Shown: in pieces, positions 25,130 through 37,800 of the stretch
Numbering within the stretch: position 1 is the stretch's first letter
How the letters are laid out: each line of letters starts with the position of its first letter
Assembly (NCBI GenBank): GCA_964016885.1
Contig: OZ024751.1
Coordinates: 50,468,001 to 50,532,000, forward strand
Length of the DNA stretch: 64,000 nt
Reading direction: 5' to 3'
From: Eledone cirrhosa
Taxonomy: Eukaryota
Notes under the pieces: model-generated
What the model was told of the DNA's origin: nothing
Seen by the model: only the letters and a program-made list of their open reading frames with translations
The model's database searches: none
Translations under genes and position numbers: made by a program

Positions 25130-25179
25130 CCATTACGAGCTGAGGATCCGCTAAGGTGAAACAATTGTTCTCGGTATGG
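25130..25179 (+). ncRNA. Type I hammerhead ribozyme-like motif
   Basis: CCATTACGAG-CTGAGGA-TCCGCTAAGGT-GAAAC-AATT-GTT-CTCGGTATGG; palindromic helix III ACAATTGT; homologous to the 5554-5605 motif. Confidence 0.72.
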
Positions 25180-25660
25180 TGAACTAACTGTTGTGTAACA
25201 ACTTCTATATTATATATATATATTATATATATATATTATATTATATATATATTATATATATTATATATATTATGTATATTATGTATATATATTATGTATA
25301 TATATTATATATATTATGTATATATATATATTATATATATTATGTATATATATATGTATATATATATATATATATATGATGGTCTCTCTCATCGTATACG
25401 ACATAGGAGGGTTCAATAGTCTACTCAGTCCAATTTGTCATGGTTATACCTTAAATGACACTAGTCCAGCTGCTGATTTACTCACCAAGTCACATTTAGT
25501 GCAGATGACAGGATTTTAAACAGAGCAGGAGGAATATTATAGCTGAGTAATAGTCTGACCTCATTACGTGCTCAGATCCTTGTTTGTGTAGTCAATAGTT
25601 ATCTATTGGTCATGGCCAGCCCATCTGAGTTGGGATTGCATCAGAAATGACTCTCAAATT

Positions 25661-25888
25661 TTAACCCTTTAGCATTTATATTATTCTGTATATACTATTG
25701 TATTTTCACAGTAAAGGCTTTATCTTATATAATATCTCATATAATATCGAATCTATGAGATTTTGATATTCTTTATTTCGAGAAGAATACCTTAAAATTA
25801 ATGTTAGTGACCAGTTACTGCCGGTTTGAACAGAAAGAGGTGAGACAATTCTGGCCGGATATGGCTGGTTTAAATACTAAAGGGTTAA
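25661..25888 (-). mobile_element. piggyBac-type MITE
   Basis: TTAA-CCCTTTAGCATTTA...TAAATACTAAAGGG-TTAA. Confidence 0.93.
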
Positions 25889-26361
25889 GTAAATAATTTT
25901 GTATCAAAAATTTGTTCTTCCCACTTCACATAAATGATGTAATTCTCTTTGCATAAATTTCACTTATCTCGAGAACATCTTCAGGCGTTACTGTTATGTC
26001 TTTCTATTTTCTAATTTTTTGTCAGATAAAGCTGTAAAGCTGTTTCCATGAAAATACAATAGTAAATATAGAGGGTTAAACTAGAAACATTATCAATGGA
26101 TAGAAAAACACATCTCAATTCATCTGAAGAAAATGTGCTAGGTGGTTAATATATAACCACTCTTGCATCTTTGAAATGCGTATAATGGAATTAGATAATA
26201 AAATTAAGATGTACAGATAAAACCGCCTCTTATTTATTATACTAAAACTCCGGGTGATACTTTACAGAGAAAATCCTAAGGAATACGAACTGTTGAATGC
26301 TTCATGTTTGTTTACGATGACGATGATGGCAGATTTTTGATCAACCAACTTTCATCAACTG

Positions 26362-26411
<50 letters not shown>

Positions 26412-26668
26412 TTGTGTGTTTGTCTAAATATGTGTGTGCGTATATATGTATATGTGTTTGTATGTGTTCTGTCTACTTTCCTCCAATAAATTTGTGATTT
26501 CCTGTCCAAGTCCTTATCTCAATATTGCAATTCCCATCCCTCCTCCTTTCTGTCAGTTATTATTACTGTTATTGTTATTACTTCAAAGAATCAGAAGTGC
26601 GTATTTATGTTAAATGTTTAGTCAACAGGTAGTGGTGGTGGTGGTGTTGGTGGTGGTGGTGGTGGGAG

Positions 26669-26900
26669 CTGTACAGTATACATCCACTTGTCTCTGCTCT
26701 ACAATTTCACCTAATTTACTTTTCAGAGTGCCAACATTGAGAACGGCAGTCCTGAGATGTGTAACTTGACAGTGGCTAGATCCTTGAATAGCAGTTCTTT
26801 CTACCTGGAAGGGGGAAAGGCTGTATGATTACTTGATGATGGTCGAAGGGTTCTTGCACATGACTACTTTAGCCACCCCACTACTGTGCGCAGCACTAAC
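26669..26900 (-). mobile_element. RTE-like LINE 5' fragment (start of the APE endonuclease)
   Basis: Minus strand NVGTLKSKLGEIVE..RQVDVYC matches the APE N-terminal NVGTL...VD..C.QE motif. Confidence 0.75.
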
Positions 26901-27089
26901 ATGATTAGTGTTAATTCTGTATATGCAATTAATTAGAATCTTATGTGTTGTGATTTCTATAATTTTGGCAGGGTTTTTTCTAGTAGGATGTTCTTCCTAC
27001 CACCCCCACCCACTTTACAACATGGACTGGGTGCATTATTCTGGCCACCAACACTAAAGAAGTCTTACTGGACTTGGGAATCTTCCCCA

Positions 27090-27450
27090 ACCTGTATCAG
27101 TTTTTATTCAGTGTCCACCCTCCTAGACAGGTTGCCTTCACTATGGTTTATGGAGTTCACATCTGCCCCATGAAATTGGTTTTAATTGGAGTCACTGCCC
27201 TCCTAGACAGATTGCTTTCACTACGGCTTACAGAGTCCACATCTGTCCCTTACAGTTGTTTTTAATCAGTCACTGCCCTCCTAGATGGGCTGGTTTTATT
27301 CACCCTACGAAGTCCATGTCTGCTCTGTACAGTTGTATTTAATTGAAGTCCCTCCTATCCTTGATGGTCTGCTTTCTCAATGACTTACAAAGCTCAACAT
27401 CTGTCTTGTGCAATGTTATTTTACTTGGAGCAACTGTTCTCCTAGACACT
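27090..27450. repeat. Old degenerate ~80-bp tandem repeat, 4-5 copies
   Basis: Recurrent GTCACTGCCCTCCTAGA...CACATCTGTC...GTTTTTAAT. Confidence 0.8.
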
Positions 27451-27794
27451 CGTCTGCACTGGACAGCCATGGGCAGCAAATTATGCAACTTAAGAATCCC
27501 TCACAGTGACATTAGTCATGTGAGAAGGTTATGTGGGAAAAGCAATGGACCGGAAGCTGGTGGAAAGGGGGATGAACGGGCATGTTTGAAAAACAGCAGA
27601 CTGAAAGGGGGTGACAATGGAGCAGGTCGCTAAATTGAATGGGAACAAACATTTAAAGGCAAAGCAAGAGTAAAAAAAGCATTTATGAAATTGACAGAGA
27701 AATATATAAAATAGGAGAGATAGATATTAGCTTATTTGTTTTCCTTGTAAAACACCGGATATGACTGACCAAGATTTTGTATTTTTTTGCTATG

Positions 27795-28210
27795 TTAAAT
27801 CATTCACTCAATGTGGTCATTTAACTAAACACAAATGTACATATTCATGCAAGAGAGAGGTCATATCACTGATATCTGTGGTAAATCTTTTTTTCTTAAA
27901 AACATGTAGGTGTTCATATAAAAGTATAACTGTAATAATGTCAAATTCATCATAACACAACAACAACAAAAGTCTATAGATGATATTCTCTGTGAAAAAC
28001 CATTTCCTTGTTGGTCTTTACCCATAGCAGTAATTCTTCTTCTTGTGGCTTCCTTTTCAAGCAGTTTTATGCACTTCCTGACCTCTACCCCTTTAGTCAC
28101 TTCTAGCCACACACGGATATGGTGTACCTATTCTTTAACTGGAATTCACACAGTCACTGCAAATTCTTCTAGAACTACATATGTATTCACACAGGAAAGA
28201 ACTCATATCC
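27795..28210 (+). pseudogene. Decayed C2H2 zinc-finger array fragments
   Basis: KSFTQCGHLTKHK..IH..ERSYH..DICGKSF, EKPFPC and HICIHTG segments, with frameshifts. Confidence 0.7.
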
Positions 28211-28259
28211 CCACCTCATTCTATATTTTATATGAAAGTGGAATTTACAGCTCCCACCT

Positions 28260-28530
28260 ATATAGGTTTAACTGGCTTCATGCAAGGTTGTATCTTGTAG
28301 GTTTCTTTGGGTGTTTTAATGATCCCCAATCATATCAAGTTGTTGTTATAACTCACACATATGCAGGCTTAGCTGGCCTCTTATTGCGTTGCATCTCATT
28401 GAAGTTTTCTTAGGTGTTTTAATGACAGGAGTCCCGCTCCAATCATGTTATTGTTAAAACTCACACCTATGTAGGTTTAGCTGGCCTAGAAGGTCAAAGA
28501 AGGTTTTGTAGATGTTTTAATGATACAGAC
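28260..28530. repeat. Degenerate ~100-bp tandem triplication
   Basis: TAGGTTTAGCTGGCCT, GTGTTTTAATGA and AACTCACAC motifs recur at ~100-bp spacing. Confidence 0.7.
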
Positions 28531-28751
28531 CCCAGTCCTATTATGATAAGTAATGTGAAATAAAGCATCATATTGAAGACACAGTGTGCTGCCAGGTCCA
28601 GGAATTCAACCCATGACTTTATGATCATAACTTCAACACACTATCCACTAGGTTATGCCCCTTCACTATATTTTACATAACCACAACTATTTCTTCATTG
28701 ATGTGATAACTTACCACTGTGATATTTAAATAAAAACATGTTTTCCTAATA

Positions 28752-28837
<86 letters not shown>

Positions 28838-29124
28838 CACACATATATACATACATATATCATCATCATCATCATTTCATGTCTGCTTTTCCTTATATGT
28901 ATGTATATATCAAACATACATACCATATATATAGTCATGTATAATTCACATGGTAGTTTTTCATGGAAAAAACTATGACTTATTCATGAGTATATACAGC
29001 GTAGATACAGATGTAGCTGTCTGTCTATATATATATATATATATATGTTCTGACATATTTCCAGAAGGAACAAAATACACTATTGATTTATTTGACATCA
29101 CCCTAGAGATATCAATGGCTGGCT

Positions 29125-32100
29125 ACATTACAATAAATGTTGTGACTAACTCTCTACATTACAATAGATGTGACTAACTCTCTACATTACAATAAATGTT
29201 GTGACTAACTCTCTACATTACAATAAATGTTGTGACTAACTCTCTACATTACAATAGAGGTTGTGACTAACTCTCTACATTACAATAAATGTTGTGACTA
29301 ACTCTCTACATTACAATAGAGGTTGTGACTAACTCTCTACATTACAATAAATGTTGTGACTAACTCTACATTACAATAAATGTTGTGACTAACTCTCTAC
29401 ATTACAATAGGTGTTGTAACTCTCTACATTACAATAGATGTTGTGACTAACTCTCTACATTACAATAAATGTTGTGACTAACTCTCTATATTACAATAGG
29501 TGTTGTGAGTAACTCTCTACATTACAATAGAGGTTGTGAGTAACTCTCTACATCACAATAAATGTTGTGAATAACTCTTTACATTACAATAGATGTTGTG
29601 ACTAACTCTCTACATTACAATAGGTGTTGTGAGTAACTCTCTACATTACAATAGAGGTTGTGAGTAACTCTCTACATCACAATAAATGTTGTGAATAACT
29701 CTTTACATTACAATAGATGTTGTGACTAACTCTCTACATTACAATAGATGTTGTGAGTAACTCTACATTACAATAGATGTTGTGACTAACTCTCTACATT
29801 ACAATAAATGTTGTGACTAACTCTCTACATTACAATAAATGTTGTGACTAACTCTCTACATTACAATAGGTGTTGTGAGTAACTCTCTACATTACAATAG
29901 ATGTTGTGACTAACTCTCTACATTACAATAAATGTTGTGACTAACTCTCTATATTACAATAGGTGTTGTGAGTAACTCTCTACATTACAATAGAGGTTGT
30001 GAGTAACTCTCTACATCACAATAAATGTTGTGAATAACTCTTTACATTACAATAGATGTTGTGACTAACTCTCTACATTACAATAGGTGTTGTGAGTAAC
30101 TCTCTACATTACAATAGAGGTTGTGAGTAACTCTCTACATCACAATAAATGTTGTGAATAACTCTTTACATTACAATAGATGTTGTGACTAACTCTCTAC
30201 ATTACAATAGATGTTGTGAGTAACTCTACATTACAATAGATGTTGTGACTAACTCTCTACATTACAATAAATGTTGTGACTAACTCTCTACATTACAATA
30301 AATGTTGTGACTAACTCTCTACATTACAATAGATGTTGTGACTAACTCTCTACATTACAATAGATGTGACTAACTCTTTACATTACAATAGATGTTGTGA
30401 CTAACTCTACAATAGATGTTGTGACTAACTCTTTACATTACAATAGATGTTGTGAGTAACTCTACATTACAATAGATGTTGTGACTAACTCTCTACATCA
30501 CAATAAATGTTGTGAATAACTCTTTACATTACAATAGATGTTGTGACTAACTCTCTACATTACAATAGATGTTGTGACTAACTCTCTACATTACAATAGA
30601 TGTTGTGACTAACTCTCTACATTACAATAGATGTTGTGACTAACTCTCTACATTACAATAGATGTTGTGACTAACTCTCTACATTACAATAAATGTTGTG
30701 ACTAACTCTCTACGTTACAATAAATGTTGTGACTAACTCTCTACATTACAATAGATGTTGTGACTAACTCTCTACATTACAATAGATGTGACTAACTCTT
30801 TACATTACAATAGATGTTGTGACTAACTCTACATTACAATAAATGTTGTGAGTAACTCTCTACATTACAATAAATGTTGTGACTAACTCTCTACATTACA
30901 ATAGATGTTGTGACTAACTCTCTACATTACAATAAATATTGTGACTAACTCTCTACATTACAATAAATGTTGTGACTAACTCTCTACATTACAATAAATG
31001 TGACTAACTCTCTACATTACAATAGATGTTGTGAGTAACTCTCTACATTACAATAGATGTGACTAACTCTCTACATTACAATAAATGTTGTGACTAACTC
31101 TCTGCATTACAATAGGTGTTGTGAGTAACTCTACATTACAATAGATGTTGTGACTAACTCTCTACATCACAATAAATGTTGTGAATAACTCTTTACATTA
31201 CAATAGATGTTGTGACTAACTCTCTACATTACAATAGATGTTGTGACTAACTCTCTACATTACAATAGATGTTGTGACTAACTCTCTATATTACAATAGA
31301 GGTTGTGACTAACTCTCTACATTACAATAAATATTGTGACTAACTCTCTACATTACAATAAATGTTGTGACTAACTCTCTACATTACAATAAATGTGACT
31401 AACTCTCTACATTACAATAGATGTTGTGAGTAACTCTCTACATTACAATAGATGTGACTAACTCTCTACATTACAATAAATGTTGTGAATAACTCTCTAC
31501 ATTACAATAGATGTTGTGACTAACTCTTTACATTACAATAGATGTGAGTAACTCTTTACATTACAATAAATGTTGTGACTAACTCTCTACATTACAATAG
31601 ATGTTGTGACTAACTCTCTACATTACAATAGATGTTGTGACTAACTCTCTACATTACAATAAATGTTGTGACTAACTCTCTACATTACAATAGATGTTGT
31701 GACTAACTCTCTACATTACATTAAATGGTGTGACTAACTCTCTACATTACAATAGATGTTGTGACTAACTCTCTACATCACAATAAATGTTGTGAGTAAC
31801 TCTCTACATTACAATAAATGTTGTGAATAACTCTCTACATTACAATAAATGTGAGTAACTCTTTACATTACAATAAATATTGGGACTCTCTACATTACAA
31901 TAAATGTTGTGAGTAACTCTCTACATTACAATAAATGTTGTGAGTAACTCTACATTACAATAAATGTTGTGAGTAACTCTCTACATAACAATAAATGTTG
32001 TGACTAACTCTCTACATTACAATAAATATTGTGACTAACTCTCTACATTACAATAGATGTTGTGACTAACTCTCTACATTACAATAGATGTTGTGACTAA

Positions 32101-33125
32101 CTCTCTACATTACAATAGATGTGACTAACTCTCTACATTACAATAAATGTTGTGAGTAACTCTCTACATTACAATAAATGTTGTGACTAACTCTCTACAT
32201 TACAATAGATGTTGTGACTAACTCTCTACATTACAATAGATGTTGTGAGTAACTCTCTACATTACAATAAATGTTGTGAGTAACTCTCTACATTACAATA
32301 AATGTTGAGACTAACTCTCTACATTACAATAAATGTTGTGACTAACTCTCTACATTACAATAAATGTTGGGACTAACTCTCTACATTACAATAAATGTTG
32401 TGACTAACTCTCTACATTACAATAAATGTTGTGACTAACTCTCTACATTACAATAAATGTTGTGACTAACTTTCTACATCACAATAAATGTTGTGACTAA
32501 CTCTCTACATTACAATAAATGTTGGGACTAACTCTCTACATCACAATAAATGTTGTGACTAACTCTCTACATTACAATAGATGTTGTGACTAACTCTCTA
32601 CATTACAATAGATGTTGTGACTAACTCTCTATATTACAATAGATGTTGTGACTAACTCTCTACATTACAATAAATGTGAGTAACTCTCTACATCACAATA
32701 AATGTTGTGACTAACTCTCTACATCACAATAAATGTTGTGACTAACTCTACATTACAATAGATGTTGTGACTAACTCTCTACATCACAATAAATGTTGTG
32801 ACTAACTCTCTACATTACAATAAATGTTGTGACTAACTCTCTACATTACAATAAATGTTGTGAGTAACTCTCTACATCACAATAAATGTGAGTAACTCTC
32901 TACATTACAATAAATGTTGTGACTAACTCTCTACATCACAATAAATGTTGTGACTAACTCTCTACATCACAATAAATGTTGTGAGTAACTCTCTACATCA
33001 CAATAAATGTTGTGAGTAACTCTCTACATTACAATAAATGTTGGGACTAACTCTCTACATCACAATAAATGTTGTGAGTAACTCTCTACATCACAATAAA
33101 TGTTGTGAGTAACTCTCTACATCAC
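29125..33125. repeat. 31-bp tandem array (CTCTCTACATTACAATARATGTTGTGACTAA), ~130 copies
   Basis: Direct reading; internal 463-bp duplication (29481 vs 29944). Confidence 0.99.
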
Positions 33126-33149
33126 CTTAGATATCAATGGCCGTACATA

Positions 33150-33410
33150 TCACAATAGATTTTGTGATGTAACTGGCTACATCACAATATCTGTTGTGAC
33201 TGCCTGTCTACATCACAGTGGTCATTGGGTGTAGCTGTCCACATCACAATGGACGTTGTGTGTAGCTGTCTACATCACAATGGACGTTGTGTGTAGCTGT
33301 CTACATCACAATGGACGTTGTGTGTAGCTGTCTACATCACAATGGACGTTGTGTGTAGCTGTCTACATCACAATGGACGTTGTGTGTAGCTGTCTACATC
33401 ACAATAGATA
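33150..33410. repeat. 30-bp tandem repeat (TGTGTAGCTGTCTACATCACAATGGACGTT) related to the 31-bp unit
   Basis: Shares CTACATCACAAT..GTTGTG with the upstream array. Confidence 0.93.
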
Positions 33411-33455
33411 TTTTGATCATATTCTTTCGGTCATTACATATGATACAAATATATT

Positions 33456-33498
<43 letters not shown>

Positions 33499-33641
33499 AT
33501 ATATGTGTGTGTGTATATATGTGTGTGTGTATATATATGTGAATGTGTGTGTGTATATATATGTGAATGTGTGTGTGTATATATGTGTGTGTATATATAT
33601 ATGTGTGTGTGTATATATGTGTGTGTGTGTGTATATATATA

Positions 33642-33684
<43 letters not shown>

Positions 33685-33693
33685 GTCTGTGTG

Positions 33694-33855
33694 TGTGTTC
33701 GCATAAATGGTGCTAAATCTAAACCATTCATTGTGGGAGCCAGACCCTGCCAACGGTGTGTATTGTCACCTCTCCTGGTCTTATTTCCATGAACAAGATC
33801 GACATGTGCAGCTGGGCCAGAAGTAGTTTCATAACTGGCAGGTGTAAAATCAATA
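33694..33855 (+). mobile_element. RTE-like LINE reverse transcriptase fragment
   Basis: VRINGAKSKPFIVGARPCQRCVLSPLL resembles the RT motif F.V..GLRQGCVLSPLLF. Confidence 0.8.
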
Positions 33856-33879
33856 TATGACCCTGGTTATGATATATAG

Positions 33880-34017
33880 GCCTCATTGTCCCTTTCCATT
33901 CTGAGTTCAAATCCCGCCGAGGTTAACTTTGCCTTTCATCCTTACGGGGTCGATAAAATAAAGTACCAGTAATACACTGGGTAATTGCTGGTCTTGTGCC
34001 AAAAGTAGAAACAATTA
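33880..34017 (+). mobile_element. SINE family A, 5'-truncated
   Basis: Family A body; TSD ATATATGACCCTGGTT on both sides. Confidence 0.93.
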
Positions 34018-34398
34018 TATATATATATATATGACCCTGGTTGTATTATATATTTATATATATACGTATATATCATCTCTTATATATGTGTATGTGTGTT
34101 AATTCTATATCTGGAAGGTTTAGCATCTAAAAAACTTTTGAATACAGCAAATAGTGGTGGGGCTGTAAGGAGTGGTGATGGTGTGTTATTAGCGGTCACT
34201 ACTTCCCTATGTAATCTGTCTTTTATTGGCAATAAAATGTCATGTGATCTAGACTATTAACCAATCTTCTTTGCTTTATTACAGATAAACATTCCCTGAC
34301 CTAATTTCTTTTACTTACTAAAGAAATAAATACTACCAACAAACTGATTATCTTTACTAAAGTAAACAAACAACAAAAGTTGGCTTAGTCACACACAA

Positions 34399-34514
<116 letters not shown>

Positions 34515-34596
34515 ACATACACACACACACACACACATACACACCCACACACACACACACACTGTCTCTCTCTCTCGGTCTCTCTCTCTCTCACTC

Positions 34597-34629
<33 letters not shown>

Positions 34630-34636
<7 letters not shown>

Positions 34637-34800
34637 AAAGGCAAATAAAAATAACAAAGCAAACGACAGTACAATGAAGGAATATGTTATTGGTTTTACG
34701 CTTGATATAGGAGGAAAAGAGTGTTGATGTTTCAGACACTAGTCCTTCATCAGAAAATAGAATGAGAAATTAAAGAAGAAATAGAAAGATAGAGGAAATT
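34630..34800 (-). mobile_element. Penelope-like terminal repeat carrying a minimal hammerhead core
   Basis: Minus strand CTGATGA-AGGAC-TAGT-GTCT-GAAACATC, followed by a tail shared with 24762-24930. Confidence 0.65.
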
Positions 34801-34830
34801 GGGCCATGGCAGAAACAAGGAAAATATATA

Positions 34831-37800
34831 TTAGCTGTGGACCACTATGTCAGGTCATGTAACCATATACAGTCTTTCCTTTTGGCTGTGGACCACTATG
34901 TCAGGTCAGGTAACCATATACAGTCTTTCTCATTGACTGTGGACCACTATGTCAGGTCAGGTAACCATATACAGTCTTTCCCATTGTTTGTGGACCACTA
35001 TGTGAGGTCATGTAACCATATACAGTCTTTCTCATTGGCTATGGACCACTATGTCAGGTCATGTAACCATATACAGTCTTTCTCATTGACTGTGGACCAC
35101 TATGTGAGGTCATGTAACCATATACAGTCTTTCTCATTGGCTGTGGACCACTATGTCAGGTCATGTAACCATATACAGTCTTTCTCATTGGCTGTGGGCC
35201 ACTATGTCAGGTCATGTAACCATATACAGTCTTTCTCATTGGCTGTGGGCCACTATGTCAGGTCATGTAACCATATACAGTCTTTCCCATTGACTGTGGA
35301 CCACTATGTCAGGCCATGTAACCATATACAGTCTTTCTCATTGACTGTGGACCACTATGTCAGGTCATGTAACCATATACATTCTTTCCCATTGACTGTG
35401 GACCACTATGTCAGGTCATGTAACCATATACAGTCTTTCCCATTGTCTGTAAACCACTATGTCAGGTCATGTAACCATATACATTCTTTCCCATTGACTG
35501 TGGACCACTATGTCAGGTCATGTAACCATATACAGTCTTTCACATTGTCTGTAAACCACTATGTCAGGTCATGTAACCATATACAGTCTTTCCCATTGTT
35601 TCTGGACCACTATGTGAGGTCATGTAACCATATACAGTCTTTCTCATTGGCTGTGGGCCACTATGTCAGGTCATGTAACCATATACAGTCTTTCTCATTG
35701 GCTGTGGGCCACTATGTCAGGTCATGTAACCATATACAGTCTTTCTCATTGACTGTGGACCACTATGTCAGGTCAGGTAACCATATACAGTCTTTCCCAT
35801 TGTTTGTGGGCCACTATGTGAGGTCATGTAACCATATACAGTATTTCCCATTGACTGTGGACCACTATGTCAGGTCATGTAACCATATACAGTCTTTCCC
35901 ATTGTCTGTGGACCACTATGTCAGGTCATGTAACCATATACAGTCTTTCTCATTGGCTGTGGGCCACTATGTCAGGTCATGTAACCATATACAGTCTTTC
36001 TCATTGACTGTGGACCACTATGTCAGGTCATGTAACCATATACAGTCTTTCTCATTGACTGTGGACCACTGTGTCAGGTCATGTAACCATATACAGTCTT
36101 TCCCATTGACTGTGGACCACTATGTCAGGTCATGTAACCATATACAGTCTTTCTCATTGACTGTGGACCACTATGTCAGGTCATGTAACCATATACAGTC
36201 TTTCTCATTGGCTGTGGACCACTATGTCAGGTCATGTAACCATATACAGTATCTCCTTTTGGCTGTGGACCACTATGTCAGGTCAGGTAACCATATACAG
36301 TCTTTCTCATTGACTGTGGACCACTATGTCAGGTCAGGTAACCATATACAGTCTTTCCCATTGTTTGTGGACCACTATGTGAGGTCATGTAACCATATAC
36401 AGTCTTTCTCATTGGCTGTGGGCCACTATGTCAGGTCATGTAACCATATACAGTCTTTCTCATTGGCTGTGGGCCACTATGTCAGGTCATGTAACCATAT
36501 ACAGTATTTCCCATTGGCTGTGGACCACTATGTCAGGTCATGTAACCATATACAGTCTTTCTCATTGACTGTGGATCACTATGTCAGGTCATGTAACCAT
36601 ATAGTCTTTCCCATTGTCTGTGGACCACTATGACAGGTCATGTAACCATATTCAGTCTTTCTCATTGACTGTGGACCACTGTCAGGTCATGTAACCATAT
36701 ACAGTAATCCCATTGACTGTGGACCACTATGTCAGGGCATGTAACCATATACAGTCTTTCCCATTGACTGTGGACCACTATGTCAGGTCATGTAACCATA
36801 TAAGTCTTTCTCATTGACTGTGGACCACTGTGTCAGGTCATGTAACCATATACAGTCTTTCTCATTGACTGTGGACCACTATGTCAGGTCATGTAACCAT
36901 ATACAGTCTTTCCCATTGTCTGTGGACCAATATGTCAGGTCATGTAACCATATACAGTCTTTCCCATTGTCTGTGGACCAATATGTCAGGTCATGTAACC
37001 ATATACAGTATTTCCCATTGACTGTGGACCACTGTCAGGTCATGTAACCTTATACAGTATTTCCCATTGACTGTGGACCACTATGTCAGGTCATGTAACC
37101 ATATACAGTCTTTCCCATTGTCTGTGGACCAATATGTCAGGTCATGTAACCATATACAGTCTTTCCCATTGTCTGTGGACCAATATGTCAGGTCATGTAA
37201 CCTTATACAGTATTTCCCATTGACTGTGGACCACTGTCAGGTCATGTAACCATATACAGTCTTTCCCATTGACTGTGGACCACTATGTCAGGTCATGTAA
37301 CCATATACAGTCTTTCTCATTGACTGTGGACCACTGTATCAGGTCATGTAACCATATACAGTCTTTCTTATTGACTGTGGACCACTATGTCAGGTCATGT
37401 AACCATATACAGTCTTTCTCATTGACTGTGGACCACTGTGTCAGGTCATGTAACCATATAGTCTTTCTCATTGACTGTGGACCACTGTATCAGGTCATGT
37501 AACCATATACAGTCTTTCTTATTGACTGTGGACCACTATGTCAGGTCATGTAACCATATACAGTCTTTCCCATTGACTGTGGACCACTATGTCAGGTCAT
37601 GTAACCATATACAGTCTTTCCCATTGACTGTGGACCACTATGTCAGGTCATGTAACCATATACAGTCTTTCCCATTGTCTGTGGACCACTATGTCAGGTC
37701 ATGTAACCATATACAGTGTTTCTCATTGACTGTGGACCACTGTCAGGTCATGTAACCATATACAGTAATCCCATTGACTGTGGACCACTGTGTCAGGTCA

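Noticed and set aside
26727-26828. Plus-strand exon after CTAAT...TTTTCAG (SANIENGSPEMC...)
   Set aside because: Better explained as the antisense of an RTE endonuclease N-terminal fragment.
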